Shown here piece by piece: positions 49,620-62,490 of a DNA stretch of 64,000 nucleotides. The DNA lies in assembly GCF_001194135.2 (NCBI RefSeq), contig NC_068984.1, positions 93,510,359 through 93,574,358 of the forward strand. The letters are read 5' to 3'. The notes beneath the pieces were generated by a model, which saw only the letters and a program-made list of their open reading frames with translations, did not search any database and was not told where the DNA came from. Numbering within the stretch: the first letter of the stretch is position 1; each line of letters starts with the position of its first letter. Source of the stretch: Octopus bimaculoides (Eukaryota). The translations under genes and the position numbers were made by a program.

Positions 49620-52600
49620 TCAGGCACTGCTCCCTGTCTGATTTGACCAATATCTTAGCAGGGCCATTTTCCTCAAGGGCTTAGTAGGTTGTTTGCTTTC
49701 CTACTTACTAGGATTTCAGTCTTTGCTGTATTATTTAAGGCCCTTTCATTCCAAGTTTTGCTTTCACATCAGGAATTCCTTTTCTAATTCTACTATAGCT
49801 TCAGCTAATATGAACAAGGTCATCTGTTGTAATCCTTAAATGTCGAACTGTTATAACACCTACTTTGGTATAGCAGTGTAGTTGTTAGGCCAGTAAAAAC
49901 ACGACTAATCTATGACCGTCTACTTCTTAATATCTTCCTATATTGACCTATTTATAGTGACTAGCACATACCACTAAACACGTGGGAGGGGTGTACCATT
50001 ATTACTATTACCCCCATAACATCTCCCTTTTTTAAGTCTTCTTATTTTCTGAGGGAGTGTAATTTTATTTCTTTAAATAGCAATAATTTCTACAGCACCC
50101 CACCTCCCTTCTTTTGAGGGTTTTTTTTTCATAGTTACACATTTAATATTATTTTTTCATTTGGCATCCATTTCCAGGAACTTTGCACATTTTTTTCCTT
50201 ACACTTGTGTGTCTGGGTTCAATCACCTGTAGTGGCATTAGTGCTTGAAAAGTATCATATAACCATTCCATTGGTTCTTCCATTCTCTTGGGTTTGCTCT
50301 CAACAAATCTTTTTTCAGTTGGTTCATGTCTCTTGTATATGCCTTTTTTGGTTTTTACCAAGTATACCATTTTTCCTACATGTTTGGTAATCACACCATC
50401 TTCCCAACTCTGTTTTCCGTTCTTATATGCTCTCACAAATAATTTTTTACCCATTTTGAAAAATCTTACTGTATTTTCCATTTCAATTTTTATTTTCTTG
50501 CCAGGTAGCAATTTATCGAAAACTGATTTTACTTTCCTCACAAACATCAGCTCTGCAGGTGTATTTGGATTTGGTGTCACACGGTATACTCTTAAGAATT
50601 GTTGTAGAGCTACCTCATCCATGACTTCCTTATTCGACTTTCTAAGTGCTCTATTGACAAAGTGTTCTGCTTGTCCATTAGATCTGGGATGGTATGACAC
50701 CATAGTTACATTTTACAGAACTTTTTCAATTCAAAAGACACCAATTGCGTTCCATTGTCAGACACTGTCTTGTTTGGGATGCCAAATCTTGCAAACAGCT
50801 CGTGTAAAAAGTTTGTTGCAGTTAAGGAAGTTGTTTTTTTTTTTTACACTTACAAATTTCTGGCCATTTAGAGAAACTATCAACTACCACTAAATAGGAT
50901 GAACCATTTAAAGGACCAGCAAAATTGATGTGTAGTCTTGTCCACAGATCATCTACTTTTGGCCAAGGTTCACATTTTATCATGGGTAATTTTGCCACGA
51001 ATGGTACATTCTGTTGTCGCTTAAATACAGGTGATGCACCTTGTTTCACTGCAATTTTTGCTTGTTTTCATGCAGCAGCCCAGTTCCTCTGGGCAAACAT
51101 CTGGAAATAAATGTTTTACTATTCGTTTCGTTCCATCAGCTTCATTTGAACCTTTGACTGAACTGACTATATTCCTACTCCATCCACTCTGTGCCGAACA
51201 GATTAACTGTATTTTTTTAGCACATATATTTTTGCCTTTTTCATTTGGTCACATAGTTACATTACACACAAATTCACTGACAAAATATAATCTTTAGCCC
51301 GTAACACCATGTGCAACTTTTGTACATCTAATTAATTTCAGCTTACTGACATACTTCCAAGTTTCTTCATTTACAATGATAATATCCCTTCCAGTGCCTA
51401 ACTGCATTTTTACTCTTTTCGCTTCAAATTTGACATTTACAAATTTCCTCTTCATTACATTACTATTTTCTTTCAACGACATCTTGTTTATTCTTTTTTC
51501 TTTGTTCTAACGTTTTGTCATCTTGGTTTTACAGTGCGCTTCTAAATGTCCAATTTTTCCATGTCGGAAGCATTCCACTTCCTTAAATGGGTAGTTTTTT
51601 CTCAGGTGTAGACTTCCACATGCAAAACAAGGGTTTGTCTTTGGATTTTTGTCCTGTTTGTACAGTATTTTAGTACACACTTGATTTCTATTCTGCCTAT
51701 TCCACACTTGTTTCACTTGGAAGCAATCTTTGTGCTCAATTTTTCTCTGTCTTGTCTTAAATTTACTATTCTTTCACACTCTTCTGACACTTATTGTAGG
51801 GTTACAGCTTGGTTTTGTTCCAGCTTAACAAGAATGTTCTTACTTTTGTATCTGTCTCTGCAGTTAGTCCCTGAGTAAATATCAGGCACTTGAACATATC
51901 TGACGTTAATTCGTCCAGCTTGAACTTTTCACATTCCTTGTTAACTCTACCAGCATATGTGATGTAATCTGCCTCATTGTCCTTTTCTAGGTTCAAACAT
52001 TTCCAACATGTATTGAACAAAGATTTTACACACTATGTCTATTATATCTTTAAAGTTTATGCCAGAAGGTTTTCTCAGGAGTACGCAATTGCTATAACAC
52101 TCATGTTCCTGGCTGCCAGCTTTCTTAAGATTAAATGCATTCTCATACCATTATCCCAATCTTTGCACTCTTTACTTAAGATTTGTTCATATCTTCTATA
52201 GTAAGCCTTGAAGGTAACTCCTTCATCTGGTTTATACTTAAACTCTGTTATCAAGTTCACAACATAATCTGGCGAGAACATACTTTTAACATTTTCTGCC
52301 AACTTACCCTTCATTAATTGCAGCATTTATTGTTGTAATAGTAATTGTTGTTGTTGTTGCTTCTGCTGTTCTTCTTGTTGTTACTGTTTTTGCAACTCGA
52401 GCAAACTGGCCAACAAATTTTCAATAACTTAATGATTTTTTTTTTCATAGAATTCACACAAAAAACTTTTCTGAGTTTTGTAACTCCTTGTGAGTTTGTT
52501 AATTTGTCACCACTGTTGTAATCCTTAAATGTCAGATTGTTATAATGCCTATTTTGGTATAGCAGTATAGTTGTTAGACCAGTAAAGACATGACTAATCT

Positions 52601-54450
52601 ATGAATGTCTACTTTGAACTCTCTCCCTATACCAACCGATGTCACCTATTTATAGTGACTAGCACATACCACTTGTTACGTGGGAAGGGTGTACCATTAT
52701 TACTATTATCCCCATAACATCATCAGCATAGACGAGCTCCCATGAACAACCGGTCCTAAACTCCACTGTTATGGTTTGGAGGTAGAAGATAAATACGAGG
52801 GGGCAGAGAACTGAGCCTTGATCAATTCTTACCTGCATACTAAATTCATCACTACTCATTGTTAACTCTCACTTTATTGACAACATCATGGTACATAGCT
52901 TGAATGGTACTCAATGACCATTAATCTACTCCTAGCTTCCACAGTGACCACTAGATGAGGAAGTGTGAAACCCTGTCAAAGGTTTTCTCCCTGTTGACAA
53001 ATGGCAAGTACAGTGGTTTATATTTAGCTAAATGCTTCTCTTGTAGTTGCTTTACTAGGAAGAAAGCACCAGTAGTGCTTCTTTCTCCCTGGCACAAAAC
53101 TAAGCTGCACTTCATCTAGGCAAACTTTCTTGACCTGGTCCTGCAACTGACACCTCTAATTACTTCTGTCTACAGCATCTCCCTTACCTTTGTAATAGCT
53201 GACTATAATGTTGCTACACTAGTTGTTGGGTATGATACAACCTGAATAGCTATACAGGTTACTAGGCCATATCCCACACCACATATCCTTAATTGCTTTA
53301 TCTATCAAATGGCTGTCAACTCTGATAGCTTGTCCCTCTGTTATGTCCACATTTAGTAGCACTTCTATGCCTGATTCTTTTCAGAATTACTAAGTGAAAG
53401 TGTACCATCATCAATCCAATATTACAATTTTCTCTGACAGACTGTCTTACAATGCTGCAAGACAGTGGCAAACCTTTTTTCTGTCTCTCCTCTTGCTAAA
53501 TATATCTGTCATCTAGTTTCTCTTCTAGCTCCCAATATAATTTTCTGCTACCTCCATTCTACCAATCCTTCCAAGCCTCTTTCCAACTACTTGACTTCTC
53601 CATCACTGTGTCATAATTAGCCTGGTAGGAACTTTGCACCAACCATCACAAATTTGGTCTGTAGCCCTTAGTAACTTCCAGTTGTCCTCTGTGTTATACA
53701 TCACTATCTTTTCTTCCTTCATGTTAAATGCTTCAATTAGTATGCCTCTAAATTTCTGACTATTCAATGGATCTTTAGGCTTCCAAATCTTCCATTTCCA
53801 GCCTGGTTTGTTTCTCTGAGTTCTTCTGAACATAAATCTGGAATAACTAACAACTAGGAGAGTACATTCTTCACCCAGAAGGACTTTGCATTTATAAGCA
53901 TCTGTCTATCCACATTTTCTGGTAGAATGTAGTCAATCCAGCTTGTGCGGCCACCAGATTGATAACTGATCAGGTGACTGGTTGATTTCCTGAAATTAGT
54001 GTTGCAGATCATTAGGTTATTTGCATCACAAAACACCAATAGCTTTGTTCCCTCCTCATTTCAGGTACTAAATCTATTAGAAGCCATCAGGATGCTGCTC
54101 AACATGTCCATTGGGGTCACTAGCCATGAAGACAAGGTTACTGTCATTTGTCATTGAGGTAGTGTGCAGAGGTATCATAAAATTGATCCTTTTGTTCATC
54201 TGGTCGTCCTGGGTGATGAGCATAAGCAGAAATAATAGCTACTGTCGTATTTTCCAAGACTAGACTAAGCATAATTATCCTGTTGCACACTCTTATTACC
54301 TAGATCCCTTTATTCACTTATTTCTCTGGTAACAGTATACCCACACACCCTACCTCATCAATATTGCCATCCAAGTAGATTCTATATCTTTGTTCTTTGC
54401 CTGTGAGGAATCTAAACACACATACAATAGACACACACACTTTTATATTA
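49620..54450 (-). mobile_element. RTE LINE (copy D), fragmented and split by Gypsy 3
   Basis: RT pieces either side of the Gypsy rejoin as GCSWELVYADDL. Endonuclease region at ~53380-54430. Confidence 0.8.
49825..52719 (-). mobile_element. Gypsy/Ty3 LTR retrotransposon 3 (gag-protease-integrase; RT/RNase H missing)
   Basis: LTRs 49825-50021 and 52514-52719 (TG...CA). TSD TCATC on both sides. PPT AAAAAAGGGAGA and PBS-like TGGTGAC. Peptides GVTFKAYYRRYE (gag), GASPVFKRQQNVPF (RT stub), WTRLHINFAGP and YHPRSNGQAE (integrase). Confidence 0.92.
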
Positions 54451-55044
54451 TCAAGCAGTATATTCCTGGTTATGGCATATAGCCAGTCAGAAAGTTACTG
54501 AAGGTTTCACACCCACTATTGCATTTGGCAATATTGGCAACTAGACAAGCTGGCCCCAAATACATAGTCTATTTTATGCTGGAGGTGAAAATAGAGTCTT
54601 GTTTCTCTCAGTGGTGATAAAAAGTTGAATGAGAAAGGTATTGAAAGGTTACATTTACTAAGAGGGAAAGAGCAGTTGTTTTCCATGGAATAATGTAAGA
54701 TGTGCCTGTTTTCCATTCTCGAGTCTGAAAGGGGGATGATCACATTGCCAAAATGAATTTTCTGTCATGAGAACTGTGATTAAATAATTTGCTTTTTGAG
54801 GCACCCAGATTATGTGACCTTGTATTAGAATTATTCTCCTTTGGCCAAGTAAAGCTTACAATGCTTACTTTCATTCAGTATGGCTCAGGTTGTTCCAGAA
54901 GTTTCCAGTTGATTTCAGACAGTGTTCATTCCTTTCTTAAAAGTAATACATAGCTGCCTAATGTTGTAACATTGCACTTTTGTTTGGTTCTAAAAAACCT
55001 GTGGTTATTTAGCCTGACCTTAAAGAGGCCCCCCTATTGCCCCA

Positions 55045-55049
55045 GCATA

Positions 55050-55086
<37 letters not shown>

Positions 55087-55098
55087 GTGTGTGTGTGT
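55045..55098. repeat. (TG)n microsatellite
   Basis: Seen directly in the sequence. Confidence 0.95.
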
Positions 55099-55289
55099 AC
55101 TCCTCCAGTGTTGCAGTCATTGGACAAATTGCCAGAACTTCAGCATTTCATTCAGCTGTGTCTAGTGTCAAATAAAGTATCAAATAATGCCCCCAAAGCC
55201 TTGTGTAGAGCCAGGATGCTCATGTAGGCTTAACAGTGAGTACCCAGTGAATAGTTGATGATAGTGGTTTCACAGTAACACTATGATTT

Positions 55290-56332
55290 ATCAGCAAAAA
55301 CAAAACTTTTCAAGGACTGATTAGTGAATCTAACTGATTCTCTGGAGAACTTTCTGAAATCATTTAAGGAAAGGTATGAAAGAGTTGGAATTGGATGCCT
55401 AGAACATGTTTGAAAATATAGATTACAAAGCAATAACATGTAGGACAAAGATAAAAATCAAACATGATACAAATCCAACATCATCCTCAGAAGAAGTTGT
55501 TCTTTTTGCAAGAAAAAAGTCACAAGTGGAATTTTCACTGTCAATTTAGTTATGTGCTGCTTAACAAAAACACATGACAAGTTCAAAGTCATAGTCAACT
55601 TGTGTAGTTTACTATGTGGAGACAAGAACTGAAGCTGAGAAACTCATCAGTTTTCCTCTGTAATTTTAGTGATTGGAGTCTGAACAGCTTCTTGGCTGGC
55701 CAGCTTCATGTCAAACTGTCCAACCCAAGTCAGCATGGAAGACAGACATTAAATAATGATGATGATGTGTTTGTTGATGAAATTTTAAAGTTTGTAACCT
55801 TTTTAATAAGCTCAGGTCATGTCACACACCATCCCAAGGCACTTTTAATCCATGACAAAGAACTTACTAATACTTTTCCAAGTGTTGATGAAGTTCTTAG
55901 AATATATTTGAACTTGATGGCCACTAGTTGTTCAGGTGAGAGGTTCTTTAATAAATTGAAGCTGATAAAGTATTATCTGAAAACCACAATGACCCATGAA
56001 AGACTAAATGCTCGGTAGATTTTGGATGTAGAGAGCAGTGTTTTGAAGACAATACAGTTTAAAGAATTTTCATATGCTAAGCATAGAAAGAAAGACTTTC
56101 CGTAGGCATTATATTGGTACATAGTTGTAAGGTGGTAAAACTTGCTGTACTTAGTTTAGATGATAAGATCTTTCTTTTCAGCAGATGTATTTAAATTTTG
56201 TGCAAGCTAGTCAGTTGCAGTTACATGCAAGAGATGGGTTTTGAGATGTAAATTTGGTGATTTGTTATGGATTTTAATAAGGGACCCACCAAACTTTGCC
56301 CCAAGCCTCCTAAAAGTTTAAATCCAGTCCTT
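55290..56332 (+). mobile_element. hAT transposon 3' relic
   Basis: hAT dimerisation-domain peptide FPSVDEVLRIYLNLMATSCSGERFFNKLKLIKYYLKTTMTHERLN. Right-end TIR-like TAAATCCAGTCCT at 56319-56332. Small RTE-tail insertion at ~55670-55765. Confidence 0.8.
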
Positions 56333-56628
56333 ATTGTTCTCATGATATTTTGCTGTATACATACAAACCTTGATGAACTTTCAGACGAGTGCAGAAACAT
56401 CAAACTCCTGCATTATCTAAATAATGAATTCAAGGCTGAAATAGACATATCACTGGTATCCCCAAATGGCTGAAAAGTGCAATTATTACTAATTATATTA
56501 ATAATCTCGGTAGATGATATTATTTTCTAAAGTACATTATAAACTCAAAACAAAAAGTAAGACAAATATTATTTGAATAATAAAATTATTTTTTATCTGT
56601 TAAAAATACTAAAATGCTATTTTCTTAC

Positions 56629-56817
56629 CTCAAGTAAATTACAAGACAATGTAATGCTATTTTCTTTGCTATCTGAGGAACGTCTTTTTCTGATTGCTTT
56701 TTCACTTGAATTTTGATTATTGAAGATAGGTACAATTATATTTTGTGCCCATGTACAAAACTGCTTCATTATTTCTTCCAAACTGACAATAATTCCTTCA
56801 TCATTTTCAGAGTGAAC
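56629..56817 (-). CDS. NCAPG2: Host gene exon (189 nt, phase 0-0): VHSENDEGIIVSLEEIMKQFCTWAQNIIVPIFNNQNSSEKAIRKRRSSDSKENSITLSCNLLE
   Basis: Acceptor tttcaattttag, donor GAG|GTAAGA, 63 open codons. FCTWAQNIIVPIF parallels the recalled TGFWLESKILSFI. Confidence 0.75.
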
Positions 56818-57899
56818 CTAAAATTGAAATTTTAAAATATTTCAGCTATTTACCATATAATATTGGCATATAACACTAAATCTGAACCTTAAAAGTATTG
56901 CTTCCAAATCAGGTTATCTTAAACACCAAGTATAACATCTATACCTTAACATCATGTAGTTTTGAGAAGAGAAAGTTTACAAATTAAAGATAGTATCAAC
57001 AGTGCAATATATTGAAAAATTGCTAAATTTTTTTATAGTTTTACACAAACTGTAAACACATTTCACGTAAATAGCAAAACTTTATTTGATACCATGTTAA
57101 TTCTTATAAAATAACCAACAGCTACATGATATTTCCAAGAGTTCTTGCCATTATTTGAAAAGAATTGGCTTAAATTTGAACAAACAAGACTATGGCCTGA
57201 AGTTATAATAATAGTCTACTGGTCAATGGGACTTTTGTTAAAGAACTACTGAAGTAGCGAACACTCAGTGATGAGTGTCAACATGTCTGTGACTACTGGA
57301 ATATTGTCCTTATTATTGAGTAAAAACTTTTTTATAAATTTGATAATTGTTGATTACAAGAGTTGACTTTGGTTTAAAAATATATTAAACATGATAATAA
57401 CAGGTGTATTTCCCATATGAAAATTTTTTATAGGTTGAGCAAAAACAACCCTTGTAATCAACCATTGTGGAATATTACTGGGTTATCTAAAACAAGGTGT
57501 ATAGCTTAAAGCCTACATTTTAAGCAGAAATTTTAAGGGTTGCTTAATACAATTTATACATCAACAGTAATAGTATACTTTTTACATTTGAGTTATTATA
57601 ATTATTTCAAAAATAAAAGCAAGTTTTTGCTCTTTCTCTGTCCTGAAAACTTATGAATCCCATTTCAAACCCATTCCTGATTTTTTTTTTGTTTGTTTTA
57701 TTCACTAGGTTTTACATCCATTTATTCTAGCACAAGTTAGATGAATATATTGTTGAGACATTGTTTTACAGCTTCATGCCCTTCCTAACTCTTACCTGTT
57801 TTTCAAGTAAGGAATATCTTATTCGACATTGCTGAAGATAAAAAGCTAGTTGACAGAGGACAACAGCAATGTTATTTCTTGTCGCTAGGCTATTTTCAG

Positions 57900-60540
57900 A
57901 GAACATATACTTAGCCAGAGGGGAAGCAAATAAGAAAAAAATTGCCAATGTTCTGCTCTGTGAGGACCAAAGTCTTGAAGTATTTCGTGTTGCAAGACAG
58001 TGTGTGAGAGAGAATTGTGATGTCGTAGGAGAGAAATGTCTCCGCTTGGATGATGGTTCACTTGCACTAAGCGAAGCTGCAAAAAGAGAGGTCTGCAGAC
58101 GCCACTATGAAAGGCTGCTTAATAAAGAGAATGAATGGGAGGAAGAGAGTCTGCTGCATGTCGACCCAACAGAGGGACCAGCTATCCTAATTGTACCTTG
58201 GTAGATAAAGCGATCAAGAGTATGAAGACAGCGAAAGCCCTCGGCCCATCAGGAATCACTGCAGAGATGCTCAAAATATCTGGCAGTGTCGGCTATAGCC
58301 TAGTCGCCCGTATAGTTAATCAGGTGATGCAGGAAGGAGTCATACCCAATGACTGGTGTAGTAGCACCATAGTCAACTACTACAAAGTTAAAGGTGATGC
58401 TCTAGACACAAACAATTACAGAGGTATCAAGATATTGGACCAGGTAATGAAAGTCACAGAGAGGGTCATAGTCCAACAAATTAGGGAGAGAGTCAGTTTA
58501 GATGAGATGCAGTTTGGGTTCGTTCCAGGAAAAAGCACCACTGATGCTATATTTCTGGTAAGACAGCTGCAGGAGAAATACCTAGCCAAAGATAAACCTC
58601 TATACCTGGCTTTCATTAACATGGAGAAAGCCTTTGACAGNNNNNNNNNNNNNNNNNNNNNNNNNNNNNNNNNNNNNNNNNNNNNNNNNNNNCAATGAGG
58701 AAACTAGTGATAGATGAGTGGTTAGTGAGAGCTGTGCAAGCCATGTACAGAGATGCTGTCAGTAAGGTGAGGGTTGGCAACAAGTATAGTGAAGAATTCT
58801 GGGTAGAGGTAGGGGTCCACCAAGGTTCAGTCCTCAGCCCCATCCTATTTATCATAGTCCTCCAGGCAATAACAGGGGAATTCAAGACGGAATGCCCCTG
58901 GGAGCTCCTCTATGCTGTTACCTTGCACTAATTGCTGAGTCACTATCAGAACTAGAGAAGTTTCAGGTGTGGAAGCAAGGACTAGAATTGAAAGGCCTTA
59001 GAGTCAACCTAGCTAAAACCAAAGTCCTAATAAGTAGGAAGGTAGACAAAACACAAACCCCTTCAGGTAGATGGCCCTGCTCGATCTGTAGAAAAGGCGT
59101 AGGTAGAAACTCCATAAGATGTACCCAGTGTAATCTATGGACACATAAGAGATGCAGCAATATCAACTAGCAAGATAGTTTTTGTATGTGGCAGATGCTC
59201 AGGAGCAATAAACACTGTAAATGTGCAGAAAACAACCTTTGCCACATTCCAGGGAGAAAAACTAGATGTAGTTGATAGCTTCCGTTACCTAGGTGACCAA
59301 GTTTGTAGCGGGGGAGGGTGTGCTGAAAGTGTAGCTGCTAGAATAAGAATAGCCTGGGCAAAGTTTAGAGAGCTCTTACCTCTGCTGGTGACAAGGGGCC
59401 TCTCACTCAGAGTAAAAGGCAGACTGTATGACACATGTGTACAAACAGCCATGCTACATGGCAGTGAAACATGGGTCTTGACTGCTGAGGACATGCGTAA
59501 GCTTGCAAGAAACGAAGCCAATATGCTCCGATGGATGTGTAATGTCAGTGTGCATACTTGTCAATGTGTAAGTACCTTGAGAGAAAAGTTAGACCTAAGA
59601 AGCATCAGTTGTGGTGTGCAAGAGAGACAATTGCGCTGGTATGGACATGTGGCAAGAATGAGGATAGCTGTGTGAAAAAGTGCGACACCCTAGCAGTTGA
59701 GGGAACCTGTGGAAGAGGTAGACCTAGGAAGACCTGGGATGAGGTGGTGAAGCATGACCTTCGAACTTTAGGCCTCACCCAGGCAATGACCAGTGACTGG
59801 GACCTTTGGAAACATGCAGTACGTGAGAAGACCCGGCAAGGCAAGTGAGAGCATAATCTGTGACCTCTACTAGAAGTGTAGCCAGCTCACTAATTCGTAT
59901 CTTACTTCATTGGACACTAAAAACCCTGCTTGCGAAGACCTGTTGAGGTAAGTGAATTTGGAATTTGAAATTTGAAATCTGAAATTGAAATCGAACCGAA
60001 TCTGACGACTGGCACCCATGCCAACCTCTCCTTCATTGGACACTAAACTCTACTTGCGAAGACCTGTTGGGGCAAGTGTAATCGTAATTAAACCATACTC
60101 GATGACCGGCACCTGTACCAGTGGAGCACTAACAGCAATGTCTGAGTGTGTTCATTGCCAGAGCACCATTTGAGCATAATCATTACCTGCGTTGCCTTCT
60201 AGCACTTGTGCTGGCGGCACATTAGAAAATCATTAAAGCGAGGTCGTTGCCAGTGCTGCTGGAATGGCTCCCGTGCAGGTGGCATGTAAAAAACACCTTT
60301 TTAAGCGTGGCCGTTGCCAGTACCGTGTGACTGGCCCTCGTGCCGGTGGCACGTAAAAGCACCCACTACACTCTCGGAGTGGTTGGCATTAGGAAGGGCA
60401 ACCAGCTGTAGAAACACTGCCAGATCAGATTGGCGCCTGGTGCAGCCTTCTGGCTTGCCAGTCCTCAGTCAAATCGTCCAACCCATGCTAGCACGGAAAG
60501 CGGACGTTAAACGACGACGATGATGATGATGATGATGATA
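57900..60540 (+). mobile_element. RTE LINE (copy E), 5'-truncated, best preserved
   Basis: RT motifs QFGFVPGKSTTDAIF and HQGSVLSP, PHD-like finger, C-terminus, 3' UTR and (GAT)n tail. Confidence 0.92.
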
Positions 60541-61621
60541 TACAAACATACGTATGATGGGTTACTTTCAGTTTCAGTCTGCAAAAGTCACTCAGTCTTT
60601 GGTTGGCCTGAAACTATAGCAGAAGGCACTTAACCCAAGGAGCCATATAGTGAGAAGTACCCAAAACCACATGGTTAGAAAGCAAACTTCTGAATCAGAC
60701 ATGCCTTATCCATAAGATGCTTGAATAATCATTGATCAGTTAATCCAAATATATTTCAACTATATATGGCAAAATGTAAGTCCTAACATTATATTTGGTT
60801 GTGGAAACATAGATGATATACTAAAATATCATTGAAGTTTGGTATTAAGTATATGTAGCCATAAATGTTAAACATAGTCGAGCATGTAACAGAACAAAAG
60901 AAGATATCTAAATTCATAAATATAATGCAGTATAATGTAACAAAGTATACTTTCAGACAACAAACTTGCAGATAAAATCATAAGCACGCATGTTGGTCCA
61001 TTTGTTTGGTTAAACCGGGATGCTAGAAAATGTCTAACCTTACATTTGATAATATAAAAAAGTGAAATTTTAAAAAAAACACCAAGAATACCAAATGTTT
61101 TATTGCATAAAAGCTGCTATAAATGATGTGGAAATGTGCAACCTGAATCTCTTCTAATACAGTGAATAAGCCATGAACTTGCAACACGAGTTAACAGCAG
61201 ATAAAGAAATAAAATTACCTGCTGCCCTTTAAGCTGGTATTCCTTAGGTCTACTTGAAATCCAGTTTCACTGCACTTACCTTAATTAATTTACTGATTCC
61301 TACTTATTTATTAAGGTACTAGTGACTAGTAGTAGTTCAGCTCAAGCTCTTCTTTATAAATTCACTTAAACCCTGATAGCGAAATATTTTGTTGTCTTGT
61401 GGGTGATATTTGATGAGTGTATCCTTCCTTATAAAATTTTATTCATTGGCTGTCATGAAAATTTCTCAGTGACAAATTGACAAATATTTTATAACTGTTC
61501 TCAAAGATTTTTTTTTTTTTTTGATCATTTTTAAAGAAAATTACACTACTTGATCTATGTCAATGAGAAAATACAAAGAAGCATATTGCTTCTATTAAAG
61601 ATATCAAACAAAAATAGTTAC

Positions 61622-61738
61622 CCCAACATAAAGCAAGAGATTTATTCGAATATAAAGATAATATGCTGCTTGCAAGAAAGTATCATCTGCACATTGCAAC
61701 CTTTTCAAGCCAACAGTCAAGCGTTGTTCTAATAAATT
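61622..61738 (-). CDS. NCAPG2: Host gene exon (117 nt, phase 0-0): NLLEQRLTVGLKRLQCADDTFLQAAYYLYIRINLLLYVG
   Basis: Acceptor ttttatttccag, donor GGG|GTAACT. In phase with the flanking exons and collinear with the recalled DLESLLQ...AFGLHCRLSIHLQ segment. Confidence 0.75.
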
Positions 61739-61947
61739 CTGGAAATAAAATATATATTCGATTAAAATTATTTTCAGTAAAAATTATAGTTTTATGAATA
61801 TCACACATTCTAAGAGGTCTTATACCAAATCAATCAATTAATAGAACATACATTAAAATGTTACAAAAATAATTTATCTAACTGATTTACAAAGAAATTT
61901 ACAAACATAACTTTTAAGGACATAAATTCAAACATTAAATAACTTAC

Positions 61948-62118
61948 CAGCACAAATTTGAGTTGCTCCAGGATACCAATAATATTTGACTGATATTTAT
62001 TGAGGAGAAGCGCACGGCAATTCGGCTGCTCTATAACAAATAGCAAGAATTTCAAAGCCAGAATAGGTTTTGGAATTACTTCTTCTCGAAATCGTACCTG
62101 TTGATTTCTTTTAGATTG
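61948..62118 (-). CDS. NCAPG2: Host gene exon (171 nt, phase 0-0), condensin-2 complex subunit G2-like: QSKRNQQVRFREEVIPKPILALKFLLFVIEQPNCRALLLNKYQSNIIGILEQLKFVL
   Basis: Acceptor ttctcttcag, donor CTG|GTAAGT, open frame. The peptide resembles the vertebrate NCAPG2 segment RVQIHDTRPVKPELALVYIEYLLTHPKNRECLL (recalled from memory, not searched). Confidence 0.8.
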
Positions 62119-62299
62119 CTGAAGAGAAAACAAATCAAATAAAAAATGACAAAATTTTTTCCAATTGAATGTATAGCACATAATTCAATAGCTCTTTCCT
62201 TCAAAAACAAAATTGCATCCATCTCCTCATACACTGCCTGTATGGTGCTACGTTGGATATATCATTAACTTGTTTCTGTTTAATAATACTAAATACCAT

Positions 62300-62490
62300 A
62301 ATCATTTAACATCCATTTTCCATGCTGGCATGGGTTGGATGATTTCACAGGAAATGGCAAAACAAAGAGCTGCATTGAGTTCTAGCATCAGCTTTGGCAT
62401 GTTTTCTATGGCTGGATACCCTTCCTAACACCAACTACTTTACAGTGTGTACTGGGTGCATTTTTTGTGCAACTGATATTAGTAAGGTTG
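62300..62490 (-). mobile_element. RTE 3' UTR fragment
   Basis: catttaacatccattttccatgctggcatgggttgg matches the family tail in reverse. Confidence 0.6.

Noticed and set aside
59890-60360. Repeated GCCAGTGGCACGTAAAAAGCACC-type units resembling a repeat-spacer array
   Set aside because: Degenerate internal repeats of the RTE 3' UTR present in every copy. There are no regular spacers or cas genes, so it is not CRISPR.
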